A stretch of DNA of 64,000 nt from Pirellulales bacterium. Lineage in GTDB: Bacteria > Planctomycetota > Planctomycetia > Pirellulales > JACPPG01. The translations under genes were made by a program, and so were the position numbers. The stretch's first letter is position 1; every line of letters begins with the position of its first letter. This document shows positions 56,455 through 64,000 of the stretch, piece by piece. The stretch is from the NCBI GenBank assembly GCA_036499395.1, contig DASYDW010000116.1, positions 157,832 through 221,831 of the forward strand, in the 5' to 3' direction. The notes under the pieces were generated by a model, which saw only the letters and a program-made list of their open reading frames with translations, ran no database searches and had not been told where the DNA came from.

Positions 56455-57459
56455 TCAATACCACCGCCGCTTGTCGACGACGTTCAAAAGATCTTCGCCA
56501 GCAGCAAAGCGGCGCAGGTTGGCGAGCAGCACATGCAAGTGACGCTCGGCGATTTGCGGCGCCATACCAGCGACATGCGGCGTAACGATGACATTGTCGA
56601 ATTGCCACAACGGATGATCCGGCGGCAGCGGTTCGATCTCGAAGACATCCAACGCAGCGCCGGCGATTTCACCGGCCGTGAGCGCCGCGCACAAATCATC
56701 CAGCCGCACGATCGCGCCGCGGCCGATGTTGATCAGATACGCACTCCGCTTCATTTGTTGAAACTGTACTCGACCGAATAGCCCCGCGGTCTCAGGCGTG
56801 TGCGGCGCCGCGATCACGACGTAATCACTCTCGGCCAGAAGTCGCGGCAGTTGGTCACTGGCCCATAGCGCGGACATGCCGGGAAGCAGCTCACCAGGCA
56901 CCGGATCAACGGCCACCACGCGCATGTGGCAGGCCAGACCACGCGCGGCGATCTCGCGGCCAATCCCGCCAAAGCCAACCACGCCCAGCGTCTCGCCGGT
57001 CAATTGTCGATGTGTCAGGTCGATTGCTGTCTGCCGCCCGGCGCCGTATTGAAACCCGACGCGCGTCGTCTCACCCCCCACCGGCTCCCAACGCGCCGAT
57101 TTCTGCTGGCGGATGTAGTGGTGCAGATTACGGGCAAAACAGGTGATGTACCCCAGCACCTGGTCGGCAATGCAGTCATTGAACAGCCCTCGCATGTTGG
57201 TGAGCACGGCCGGATGCTCGACAAGCTCGGGAAACAGGTAATGCTCCATGCTGGCCGTCGGGGCCTGGATCCAGCGAAGCTGCTTGGCTCGGGCCAGCAG
57301 CTCAGGCGTGATGCGTCCGAAAAAAGCATCAGCGTCGGCCATCTCGTCGCCCGCCGTGTTCTCGTCCGACGCATTGACGATCGTGGCGACGCCGGCCGTG
57401 GCGGCAATGATCTTCGCGGCACGCTCGTCTTCGACAGGCGGGTGGATGACAAGTTTCAT
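56455..57459 (-). CDS. D-isomer-specific 2-hydroxyacid dehydrogenase family protein
   Basis: LGVVGFGGIGREIA NAD-binding motif, YLINIGRG, and DVFEIEPLP...VIVTPHVAG catalytic region. ATG 57459 (MKLVIHPP). Confidence 0.85.
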   Translation of the reverse strand: MKLVIHPPVEDERAAKIIAATAGVATIVNASDENTAGDEMADADAFFGRITPELLARAKQLRWIQAPTASMEHYLFPELVEHPAVLTNMRGLFNDCIADQVLGYITCFARNLHHYIRQQKSARWEPVGGETTRVGFQYGAGRQTAIDLTHRQLTGETLGVVGFGGIGREIAARGLACHMRVVAVDPVPGELLPGMSALWASDQLPRLLAESDYVVIAAPHTPETAGLFGRVQFQQMKRSAYLINIGRGAIVRLDDLCAALTAGEIAGAALDVFEIEPLPPDHPLWQFDNVIVTPHVAGMAPQIAERHLHVLLANLRRFAAGEDLLNVVDKRRWY

Positions 57460-57861
57460 CAGGCAGGGCTCAGGTGCGTTAGCGGATTGCTGCTTCCCGG
57501 CGGTCGCGGGCACGATATTGCTGAACGTGCCGATTGACTTCTATCGGTGCCAGCGGTGCTGGCTGGTTACCAATCTTGTGGGATGATTCTACCAATACAA
57601 AACGAATCAGCAGCGGCGCCTCGATTTCTCATCTTTCGCAGCTTCGCGCACATACCCGCAAATCGAGCCAGCTTGCTATCAAGCAAAGGCCGCAAAGTAG
57701 GCGGAAAGTCATGAAAAGCGCCTAACCGTCAAACTCGGCCCAAAGCGAAGCGTCCAATCTGCCGATCAATGACCCTGGAATCCGCACCCTCGGATTGCAG
57801 GGTTGCGCGACAAACTGCGGCGAGTATTCAAACTCCGCAGACTGTCGAAAAAGGGACAAAC

Positions 57862-59106
57862 ATGAATCAGCCTTTTATGACACAGCCATCGCGATCGCGG
57901 ATGACCAATTGCATCTTGTTGGTCGCCGTGCTGGGCAGCATGCTCGGATTGAGCGGCTGTGCTCATATGTATGAAAATGTCGAGTTGGGGAAGACCTCGC
58001 TGCCCCCTAATTATCCGCACGAGTTCGAGGCGCCGGCAAATTACGGCTATTTCCCGACCCTGTGGCGCCCATGGCCAGGGGCGGAAGCCGTACCCGGCCA
58101 GACCGCGGCCAACAACAAGGAAGACGAACAGGTCGGAACTCCTGAGTCGACGGAAAACCTGCCCGAGCCCGGCACCGAACCCGGCGCCGAGAGCACGACC
58201 GAACCGGGCATGGAGAACATCTTCGACTTGCCAGAGAACGCGCCGGACATGCAGGGTGACGACCGTGGAGCAGCGGGCGAGGCTCCCGATGCCATGCTGC
58301 CCGACGACTTGATTCCTCCTGAGAATGGGCCTGCCAATCCGGACGAAGGAAAAGGCCCGAACGCTCCGGAAGAGGGCGAGACCATTCCCGACACATTGAT
58401 TCCCGAGGCCGGCGCAACGCCTCCGCCCGAGACCAGCTTGCTCGAAGAACCGGCGAATCTCGAGGACATCACATTCGACGCTCCGCAAGGAAACCTGATT
58501 CCCGAAACGCCAGAACCGACTCTCGCCAAGCCGCGTCCCGGATTGATGATGCCAATCGAGCAGTCGCCACGTCCCGAAGGACGCGGGCGAGCCCCAATCG
58601 AAAATGCCATGCGGCCTGGCGTCCGCACCGGCGCCAAGGCGATGCTCATCGAACCGGAAAACGCGCTTCGCGAACTGTCCGGTGGCAAGATGAAAGCCGG
58701 CGCGATGCGTGATCCTTTCGCCGAGGGTCCGCAACTGGTGAGCGAACAGTCGGTCGACGTCGCCATGCCGACGATCATCGAGAACAAGCTGCCGCAGAGC
58801 GCCGAATCGACGCCGTGGCAAGCCGCGAAAAAAGGGAACGGCGTACGTCGCACCGCGACAACCGTCAGGGCGACCTCCGAAGGCGAAACGAGCGACTGGC
58901 GTCCGTCGCGGGCGCCTGCTACCGGCGATCGTGGCGCCGTCGCACAATCGACTCATCAACGTGCACGTGAGAACGCGTTACGACAAGTCGCGAGCCCGAA
59001 GTATCCCGAGCAACAGACGTCGTACTCGGAACCTGCGCCGCAAACGCCAACGCCGAAGCGACAGGTCGAATACACCTCGAGCGGATCGACGAACCCGCTA
59101 CGCTAG
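57862..59106 (+). CDS. Pro/Glu-rich lipoprotein, unknown function
   Basis: ATG 57862. Lipobox LLVAVLGSMLGLSGC. The long acidic P/E/G/A-rich body is low-complexity. Confidence 0.65.
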   Translation: MNQPFMTQPSRSRMTNCILLVAVLGSMLGLSGCAHMYENVELGKTSLPPNYPHEFEAPANYGYFPTLWRPWPGAEAVPGQTAANNKEDEQVGTPESTENLPEPGTEPGAESTTEPGMENIFDLPENAPDMQGDDRGAAGEAPDAMLPDDLIPPENGPANPDEGKGPNAPEEGETIPDTLIPEAGATPPPETSLLEEPANLEDITFDAPQGNLIPETPEPTLAKPRPGLMMPIEQSPRPEGRGRAPIENAMRPGVRTGAKAMLIEPENALRELSGGKMKAGAMRDPFAEGPQLVSEQSVDVAMPTIIENKLPQSAESTPWQAAKKGNGVRRTATTVRATSEGETSDWRPSRAPATGDRGAVAQSTHQRARENALRQVASPKYPEQQTSYSEPAPQTPTPKRQVEYTSSGSTNPLR

Positions 59107-59573
59107 TAGCGCAGAAAACACCCCCCGGCCAACTTCCCAAGGGGCCGGTTCTTCATAACGCCGCGACGTCCGATTGCCACGGTCGCGTCCTGCGATTCTT
59201 TGCCGCGCGTCGGCCTTCACGCCCCGCGTGTGGCCGTGGCCATCGGCCCAATCCGCTGCGTGTAACATCGCCCCAACTGCTCGCAATATGCCGATTTGCC
59301 GGGGATTTTGTCCCGTCGACGCCTGCTGGACAGTCGACGATGTTCATCGGCAATGATACAGTTAAGGGGAGAGAACCGGCCGGCCTGTACGGGCTGCGGG
59401 GCCGGCGAAATTCCCTGTCTTCAGGCGGTGGCCGTCCCGACTCGACAGGCGAGATGGTTCGGACGCACTATCGATTCCCGTCCCGAACCGCTGACACGGC
59501 GCGTAGACCGCGTCGTGGCTGATAGAGTGGGCTGCAGCGATTTCCGTCGCCGTTTTTCTAGCGAGCACGCGCC

Positions 59574-61679
59574 ATGAAGCAGGACTCATCCGCCCTATCG
59601 AGCGCGATCCCTGACGAGCGCCTCGCCGAGGTCGAAGAACTGCGCGCACGAATCGCGGAACTCGAAGCCCAGGTCAACGACTATCGGCGTTTGGCCGAGC
59701 GGTTAGGTGAATTGCCCAAGGGGCGCGACGCGGAGGAACGGCCCTTCTTTCCCGCGCTTGCCGAAACCTTGGCCAAGACGCTGAACGCTAATTTCGTCGT
59801 CGTGGGTGAGCTTTGCGCAGGCAAGAACCTGATCCGTACGCCCGCGATTTTCGCACGCGGCGTCATCCTGGTCGGCGACGAATACGAATTGGCGGGCACG
59901 CCGTGCGAGAACGTCGTCGGCAAGCGCGATTGCGTCTACACCGAACGGGTTCGCGAAATTTTTCCCCAAGACAAAACCCTCGTCGAATGGGGTGTGGAAA
60001 GCTACGTCGGAACGCCCCTGTTCGACTCGCAGGGGGCACCGCTGGGCCTGCTGGCCGCGATGTGGTCGACGCCACTGGCAGACCCCGAGCCGGCGCGCAC
60101 CATGCTGTCGCTGTTTGCCAACCGTGCCGCACGAGAGATCGAACGCGTCCGCGCGGACGAGGCGCTGCGCACGAGCGAAGCCCGCTTTCGTACGCTCTGC
60201 GAGGCATCTCCGATGGGGGTGTTCGAAAGCGACGAACGCGGCTTCTGCACGTACATCAGCACGCAGTGGGAGGAGTTAATGAAGCGACCGAACGAGCAAC
60301 TGCTCGGCTTCGGTTGGTCGTCGTTCGTGCATCCTGACGATATTCAGCGAGCCAGGGCAGTGTGGCGCGAGGCTTCCAGCCAACGACGTCCTTATCTGGA
60401 CGAATTCCGGATCGTGCTTGAGGACGGCGAGGTTCGCTGGGCACGAGCCATGGCCAAGCGCTTGGGCGATACCGAGCCGCCCAGCTACGTCGGCTGCGTC
60501 GAAGACGTCACCGATCGCAAGAATGCCGAACTGAATCAACGCGCCAGCGAGGAGCGGTTTCGCGCCTTTATGGACAACAGCCCGGCCATCGCCTTCATGA
60601 AGGACAGTGACGGTCGACGCGTATACGCCAATCTGCCGTACTTGAAACGCTTTCAGCGCGGCTCCGAAGACGTCATCGGCAAGACCGACTACGAAATGTT
60701 CGATGCCGACCTGGCGCGAAAGCTAGCGCTGAACGACGAGCGCGTGATGAGCCAAAACCGCTGCGTCCAAACAATCGAGGCCGTACCGACGGCTGACGGT
60801 GTGATGCATCACTGGTTGGTCTACAAGTTCCCGGTCGAAGCAGGATCGGGCGATCGTTATATCGGTGGCGTGGCCGTCGATATTACGGACCGACTGAATG
60901 CGGAAGAACGCCTACGCAAAGTGCTGGACGGACTCGAAAAGACCGTGGCCGAGCGGACCAGCAACCTGACGTCCGCCAATGCGAGGCTGCAACGCGAAAT
61001 CCTCGAACGCGAGTCGGCTGACACGGCCCTGCAAGCAGAACAAATCTTGCTCCGCCGTTTGCTCTACCGCCAGGAAACCGATCGCAAGCTCATCGCGTAC
61101 GAATTGCACGACGGGCCCGTCCAATACGTCACGGCGGCGCTGATGCATCTGGAGACGGCCCGCGATACGCTCGGAGGCGATGCGGTCACGACGAACGAGG
61201 CGTTTACCACAGCGCTCGAACTGTTACGCAATACAATTTCCGAATCGCGCCGCATGATCAACGGCCTGCAACCGATGCTGCTGGACGAGTCAGGGCTCGC
61301 GCCGGCAATCGAATGCTTGATTAACGACCACTATGATGCCCGGAAGATCACGTTCGAGCATCAGATGCGCACCGAACGTTTGACGCCGCTCATGGAAGGC
61401 ATATTGTTTCGCATCTGCCAGGAAGCGCTCACCAACGCCACCAAGTACAGCCAATCGACGCAGATTCGCATCCGCCTGACGCAGGAACACGCCTGGGTGC
61501 GATTGGAGGTGGTGGATCAGGGTATCGGCTTCGATACCGAGCAGGCCGCGGCCGCCAATAGCTTCGGTTTGCGCGGCATTCGCGAGCGGGCGCGTTTACT
61601 GGGGGGACACGCCATGATCGACAGTGCCCCGGGACGCGGCACGCGCGTGGCGGTAGAATTACCCGTCACGGAAGTTTGA
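59574..61679 (+). CDS. sensor histidine kinase (coiled-coil, GAF, two PAS, HisKA_3, HATPase_c)
   Basis: GAF-like region (residues ~50-195). PAS motifs (SPMGVFESD..., NSPAIAFMKD...). H-box YELHDGPVQYVTAA of the NarX/LiaS-type HisKA_3. GFGLRGIRERARLLGG ATPase G-box. Confidence 0.88.
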   Translation: MKQDSSALSSAIPDERLAEVEELRARIAELEAQVNDYRRLAERLGELPKGRDAEERPFFPALAETLAKTLNANFVVVGELCAGKNLIRTPAIFARGVILVGDEYELAGTPCENVVGKRDCVYTERVREIFPQDKTLVEWGVESYVGTPLFDSQGAPLGLLAAMWSTPLADPEPARTMLSLFANRAAREIERVRADEALRTSEARFRTLCEASPMGVFESDERGFCTYISTQWEELMKRPNEQLLGFGWSSFVHPDDIQRARAVWREASSQRRPYLDEFRIVLEDGEVRWARAMAKRLGDTEPPSYVGCVEDVTDRKNAELNQRASEERFRAFMDNSPAIAFMKDSDGRRVYANLPYLKRFQRGSEDVIGKTDYEMFDADLARKLALNDERVMSQNRCVQTIEAVPTADGVMHHWLVYKFPVEAGSGDRYIGGVAVDITDRLNAEERLRKVLDGLEKTVAERTSNLTSANARLQREILERESADTALQAEQILLRRLLYRQETDRKLIAYELHDGPVQYVTAALMHLETARDTLGGDAVTTNEAFTTALELLRNTISESRRMINGLQPMLLDESGLAPAIECLINDHYDARKITFEHQMRTERLTPLMEGILFRICQEALTNATKYSQSTQIRIRLTQEHAWVRLEVVDQGIGFDTEQAAAANSFGLRGIRERARLLGGHAMIDSAPGRGTRVAVELPVTEV

Positions 61680-61721
61680 TTTGCCTGTTGCCCGCCACCG
61701 GATTTCTCCCCCACTAGCTTC

Positions 61722-62894
61722 ATGATGCGCCGTATTTACCTCGATAATGCCGCTACGAGCTGGCCCAAGCCCGAGGCTGTCTATCGCGCCGTCGAACACT
61801 ATTTACGCGAGGTCGGCGCACCGGTCGGCCGGGGAGTATACAGCGAAGCGGTCGCGGCACAGTCGCTGGTCGACAGTGCGCGGCAAGCCATTGCCCGTTG
61901 GATCGGCGCGACTCAGGCGCGGAACGTCGTCTTCACGCTTAACGGTACCGATGCGCTGAACACCGCGATCCATGGGGCACTGGCCGACGGCGGTCACGTC
62001 GTCACGACCGTCGCTGAGCACAATTCCGTGCTGCGGCCGCTGGCCGCATTGCAAGAATCCGGCCGCGTTCAAGTCACGCGCGTGCCGTGCGACGGTTCGG
62101 GCGTGGTCGATCCGGCCGAAATTCGCCGCGCGCTGCGTCCTACCACGCGGCTCGTGGCCTTGGTCCATGCTTCGAACGTAACGGGAGTGATCCAGCCGGC
62201 CGCCGAAGTGGGACGACTGGTGCGCGAACATGGTGCATTGTTCTTGCTTGACGCGGCGCAGACCGTGGGAGAAATCGCGATCGACGTCCATCAGCTTCAC
62301 GTCGATCTACTCGCCGCGCCAGGTCATAAAGGATTGCTGGGGCCGTTAGGGACAGGCTTCGTGTATATTCGTCCCGGAATCGAAGACCGCATTCCCGCCT
62401 TTCGGCAGGGGGGAACAGGCACGCATAGCGATCGTGATCGTCAGCCCCATGATCTGCCGCAAAAGTACGAGGCGGGGAACTTGAACGTGCCAGGCATCGC
62501 CGGACTGGGGGCCGGCCTGCAATGGCTGACCGAACATGGCATCGATTCCTTGCGCAGTAATGCGATTGCGCGGACGCGGCAGTTGATTGACGGGCTCTCC
62601 GAGATTAAGGGGGTTCGCCTCTACGGCCCGCGCTCGCCCGAGGCGCGCGTGGCCGTTGTCAGCATCTCGTTGGCCGGCTACGATCCGCAGGAATTGTCGG
62701 CAACGCTCGATTCGGCTTTCGGCGTGCAGGCGCGCGCCGGCTTGCATTGCGCTCCCTTGATGCATCGGATGCTGGGCACCTCGGCCGCCGGAGGGACCCT
62801 GCGCTTCAGCCCTGGCCCTTTGACCAGCAGTGAGGACATTCAGACCGCGATCGGCGCCGTGGCCGAAGTAGCGGCGCAATCACCTGTCGGGTAA
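61722..62894 (+). CDS. class V aminotransferase-fold PLP enzyme (cysteine desulfurase family)
   Basis: IYLDNAATSWPKP, HASNVTG and APGHKGLLGPLGTG (PLP-Lys context). Confidence 0.85.
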   Translation: MMRRIYLDNAATSWPKPEAVYRAVEHYLREVGAPVGRGVYSEAVAAQSLVDSARQAIARWIGATQARNVVFTLNGTDALNTAIHGALADGGHVVTTVAEHNSVLRPLAALQESGRVQVTRVPCDGSGVVDPAEIRRALRPTTRLVALVHASNVTGVIQPAAEVGRLVREHGALFLLDAAQTVGEIAIDVHQLHVDLLAAPGHKGLLGPLGTGFVYIRPGIEDRIPAFRQGGTGTHSDRDRQPHDLPQKYEAGNLNVPGIAGLGAGLQWLTEHGIDSLRSNAIARTRQLIDGLSEIKGVRLYGPRSPEARVAVVSISLAGYDPQELSATLDSAFGVQARAGLHCAPLMHRMLGTSAAGGTLRFSPGPLTSSEDIQTAIGAVAEVAAQSPVG

Positions 62895-62976
62895 AACGGC
62901 ATAGCTGCGAACCGGCGCGGCTTTGCAGAACAGAACGGCGTGCCACGAGGGCGCCCGCGAATCGATTCGAGGACTG

Positions 62977-63399
62977 ATGCAGATGGAAAAGAAGCCCTGG
63001 TACCGCGACGGATTGCGCTTCAAGTGTACGCAGTGTGGCAATTGCTGCACTGGCGCGCCTGGATACGTGTGGGTGAACAAAGAAGAGATTGCCGCCCTCG
63101 CGCGCCGCTTCAATGTCTCGGTCGAGGATTTCGAGCAGGACTACGTCCGCCAGGTCGGTATCCGCAAAAGCCTGATCGAATACGACAACGGCGATTGCGT
63201 TTTCTTCGACACCGAAGCACGCAAGTGCACCGTTTACGAAGACCGCCCACGACAGTGCCGCACCTGGCCGTTTTGGGAATCGAATGTGCGGACACCGGAA
63301 ACGTGGCAAGAGACGTGCGAAGTCTGCCCGGGCAGCGGCGAGGGGAACCTGGTGCCGCTAGAAAAGATTCTCGAGCAATTGAAGGTCGTACGACTGTAG
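62977..63399 (+). CDS. YkgJ-family (UPF0153) cysteine-cluster protein
   Basis: FKCTQCGNCCTG and DCVFFD...KCTVYEDRPRQCRTWPFW motifs. ATG 62977; the ORF opens at TTG 62923. Confidence 0.8.
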   Translation: MQMEKKPWYRDGLRFKCTQCGNCCTGAPGYVWVNKEEIAALARRFNVSVEDFEQDYVRQVGIRKSLIEYDNGDCVFFDTEARKCTVYEDRPRQCRTWPFWESNVRTPETWQETCEVCPGSGEGNLVPLEKILEQLKVVRL

Positions 63400-63413
63400 G
63401 TTTGCCGCGCCAC

Positions 63414-63458
63414 AAAAAAAGCCGAACGCGCCGCGCGCCAGACGCGACACGTTCGAGC
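63414..63458 (-). terminator. Rho-independent terminator for the minus-strand gene at the right edge
   Basis: CGAACG (63423-63428) / CGTTCG (63450-63455) with a GC-rich interior. On the minus strand it is followed by a T7 run (A-run 63414-63420). Confidence 0.55.
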
Positions 63459-63482
63459 TAAAACGCCACCCGGTCATCTTCT

Positions 63483-64000
63483 TCACGGATTCGGTCGCTC
63501 AGCAGGAAGTGCTGGCCGCGCGGGGAGCGAGGGGCCGGGGTTCGGATTCGCCTGCGGCGGCACCGCTTGAACTGGCGCTGCTTGCGACGGCGCTGGCTGG
63601 GTTGGCACGACTTGAGGCGGGTTGGCCTGTTGCGCAGCGTTCAAGTCAGGTCGTTCGGTCGCCGCAGCGCCTCGCCCATCGCGCAGATTCGGGTCGACTG
63701 GCACTTGCGGCGGGTTACCAGGGACATTGCTATAGGCGCGACGCGTCCCCCGATACCCTGTGCGGTATTCAGTTCCCGCGGCGCCGGCCTGGTACGGCGA
63801 CCATCGATTGTTATCGAAGTAGGTCCACGATTGTTGCGGTGTGTAATACCACCAACGATTGCCGTTGTAGACATAGCGCCAGTTATGGGCGTTATTGGTG
63901 CCAAAGCCGGCCGGCACCATCGGGGCACCCGGTACGCTGCCTGTATAGCTGGCCGCGTCATACGGTGCCCATGCGTTATTGCGGTACATCATCCACGAGC
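63483..64000 (-). CDS. W/Y/N-rich and Pro/Gln-rich small protein (5' end may lie beyond window)
   Basis: The ORF has ATG-ATG at 63992 but the frame stays open to the window edge. The N-terminal half has NRWWYY / NNRWSPY motifs. The C-terminal half is a P/Q/A-rich low-complexity tail. Confidence 0.55.
   Translation of the reverse strand, partial: SWMMYRNNAWAPYDAASYTGSVPGAPMVPAGFGTNNAHNWRYVYNGNRWWYYTPQQSWTYFDNNRWSPYQAGAAGTEYRTGYRGTRRAYSNVPGNPPQVPVDPNLRDGRGAAATERPDLNAAQQANPPQVVPTQPAPSQAAPVQAVPPQANPNPGPSLPARPALPAERPNP

Noticed and set aside
57766-58959. A 397-aa minus-strand ORF antisense to the Pro/Glu-rich lipoprotein gene.
   Set aside because: It is an Arg/Gly/Leu-rich shadow of a GC-rich low-complexity gene. 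The plus frame has a proper lipobox signal (LGLSGC) and a sensible start context.
59107-59573. I looked for a riboswitch or sRNA in the long gap upstream of the histidine kinase (cobalamin, SAM or c-di-GMP type cores).
   Set aside because: None of the conserved cores I know (e.g. the B12 box GCCACTG) is present. Only generic GC-rich hairpins were found. This is kept only as a low-interest note.
1-64000. Window-wide scan for CRISPR arrays, rRNA/tRNA genes, transposases, phage structural genes and toxin-antitoxin pairs.
   Set aside because: I could identify no regularly spaced repeats, no rRNA or tRNA signatures, and no DDE, serine or tyrosine recombinase motifs. Absence is by eye only and should be confirmed with tRNAscan-SE, Infernal and ISEScan.

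Overview
The window is a high-G+C chromosome segment, about 65-75% G+C in the gene lines I hand-counted. Gene content suggests a Planctomycetota (Pirellulales-like) genome. This is an inference from a Tat-signal DUF1501 protein, three PEP-CTERM cargo proteins, an LRR protein with an RRRWLQF-type N-terminal anchor, PSCyt-like CxxCH modules and many exported proteins of unknown function. I support about 50 protein-coding genes. Most are housekeeping or metabolic: purE, rfbD/rmlD, lpxK, an NAD-type isocitrate dehydrogenase, a fused 5-oxoprolinase, a Dus-family tRNA dihydrouridine synthase, a TrmH-family methyltransferase, SDRs, an MFS transporter, a GH2 hydrolase, a BNR/sialidase-fold protein, a penicillin-acylase-family Ntn hydrolase and a GAF-PAS-HisKA_3 kinase. 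I found no rRNA, tRNA, CRISPR array, transposase or integrase. The features most worth a second look are two AT-rich single-gene insertions. The first (34560-35606, minus strand) encodes a 348-aa protein with a C-terminal HEPN-type RNALVH (Rx4H) motif. The second (16728-17678, plus strand) has an N-terminus that follows the Abi-alpha/DUF4393 abortive-infection pattern. Both look like horizontally acquired, partner-less candidate defence genes. Other notable items:
- a co-directional block of exported proteins (36.6-45.1 kb) that includes a redoxin / haem-c / PHM-DBH-like copper monooxygenase fusion
- an internally duplicated 794-aa exported protein
- several unusual palindromic intergenic elements
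All family calls come from motif recognition by eye. No database search, HMM or structure prediction was run. Start codons in this high-GC genome are often uncertain.
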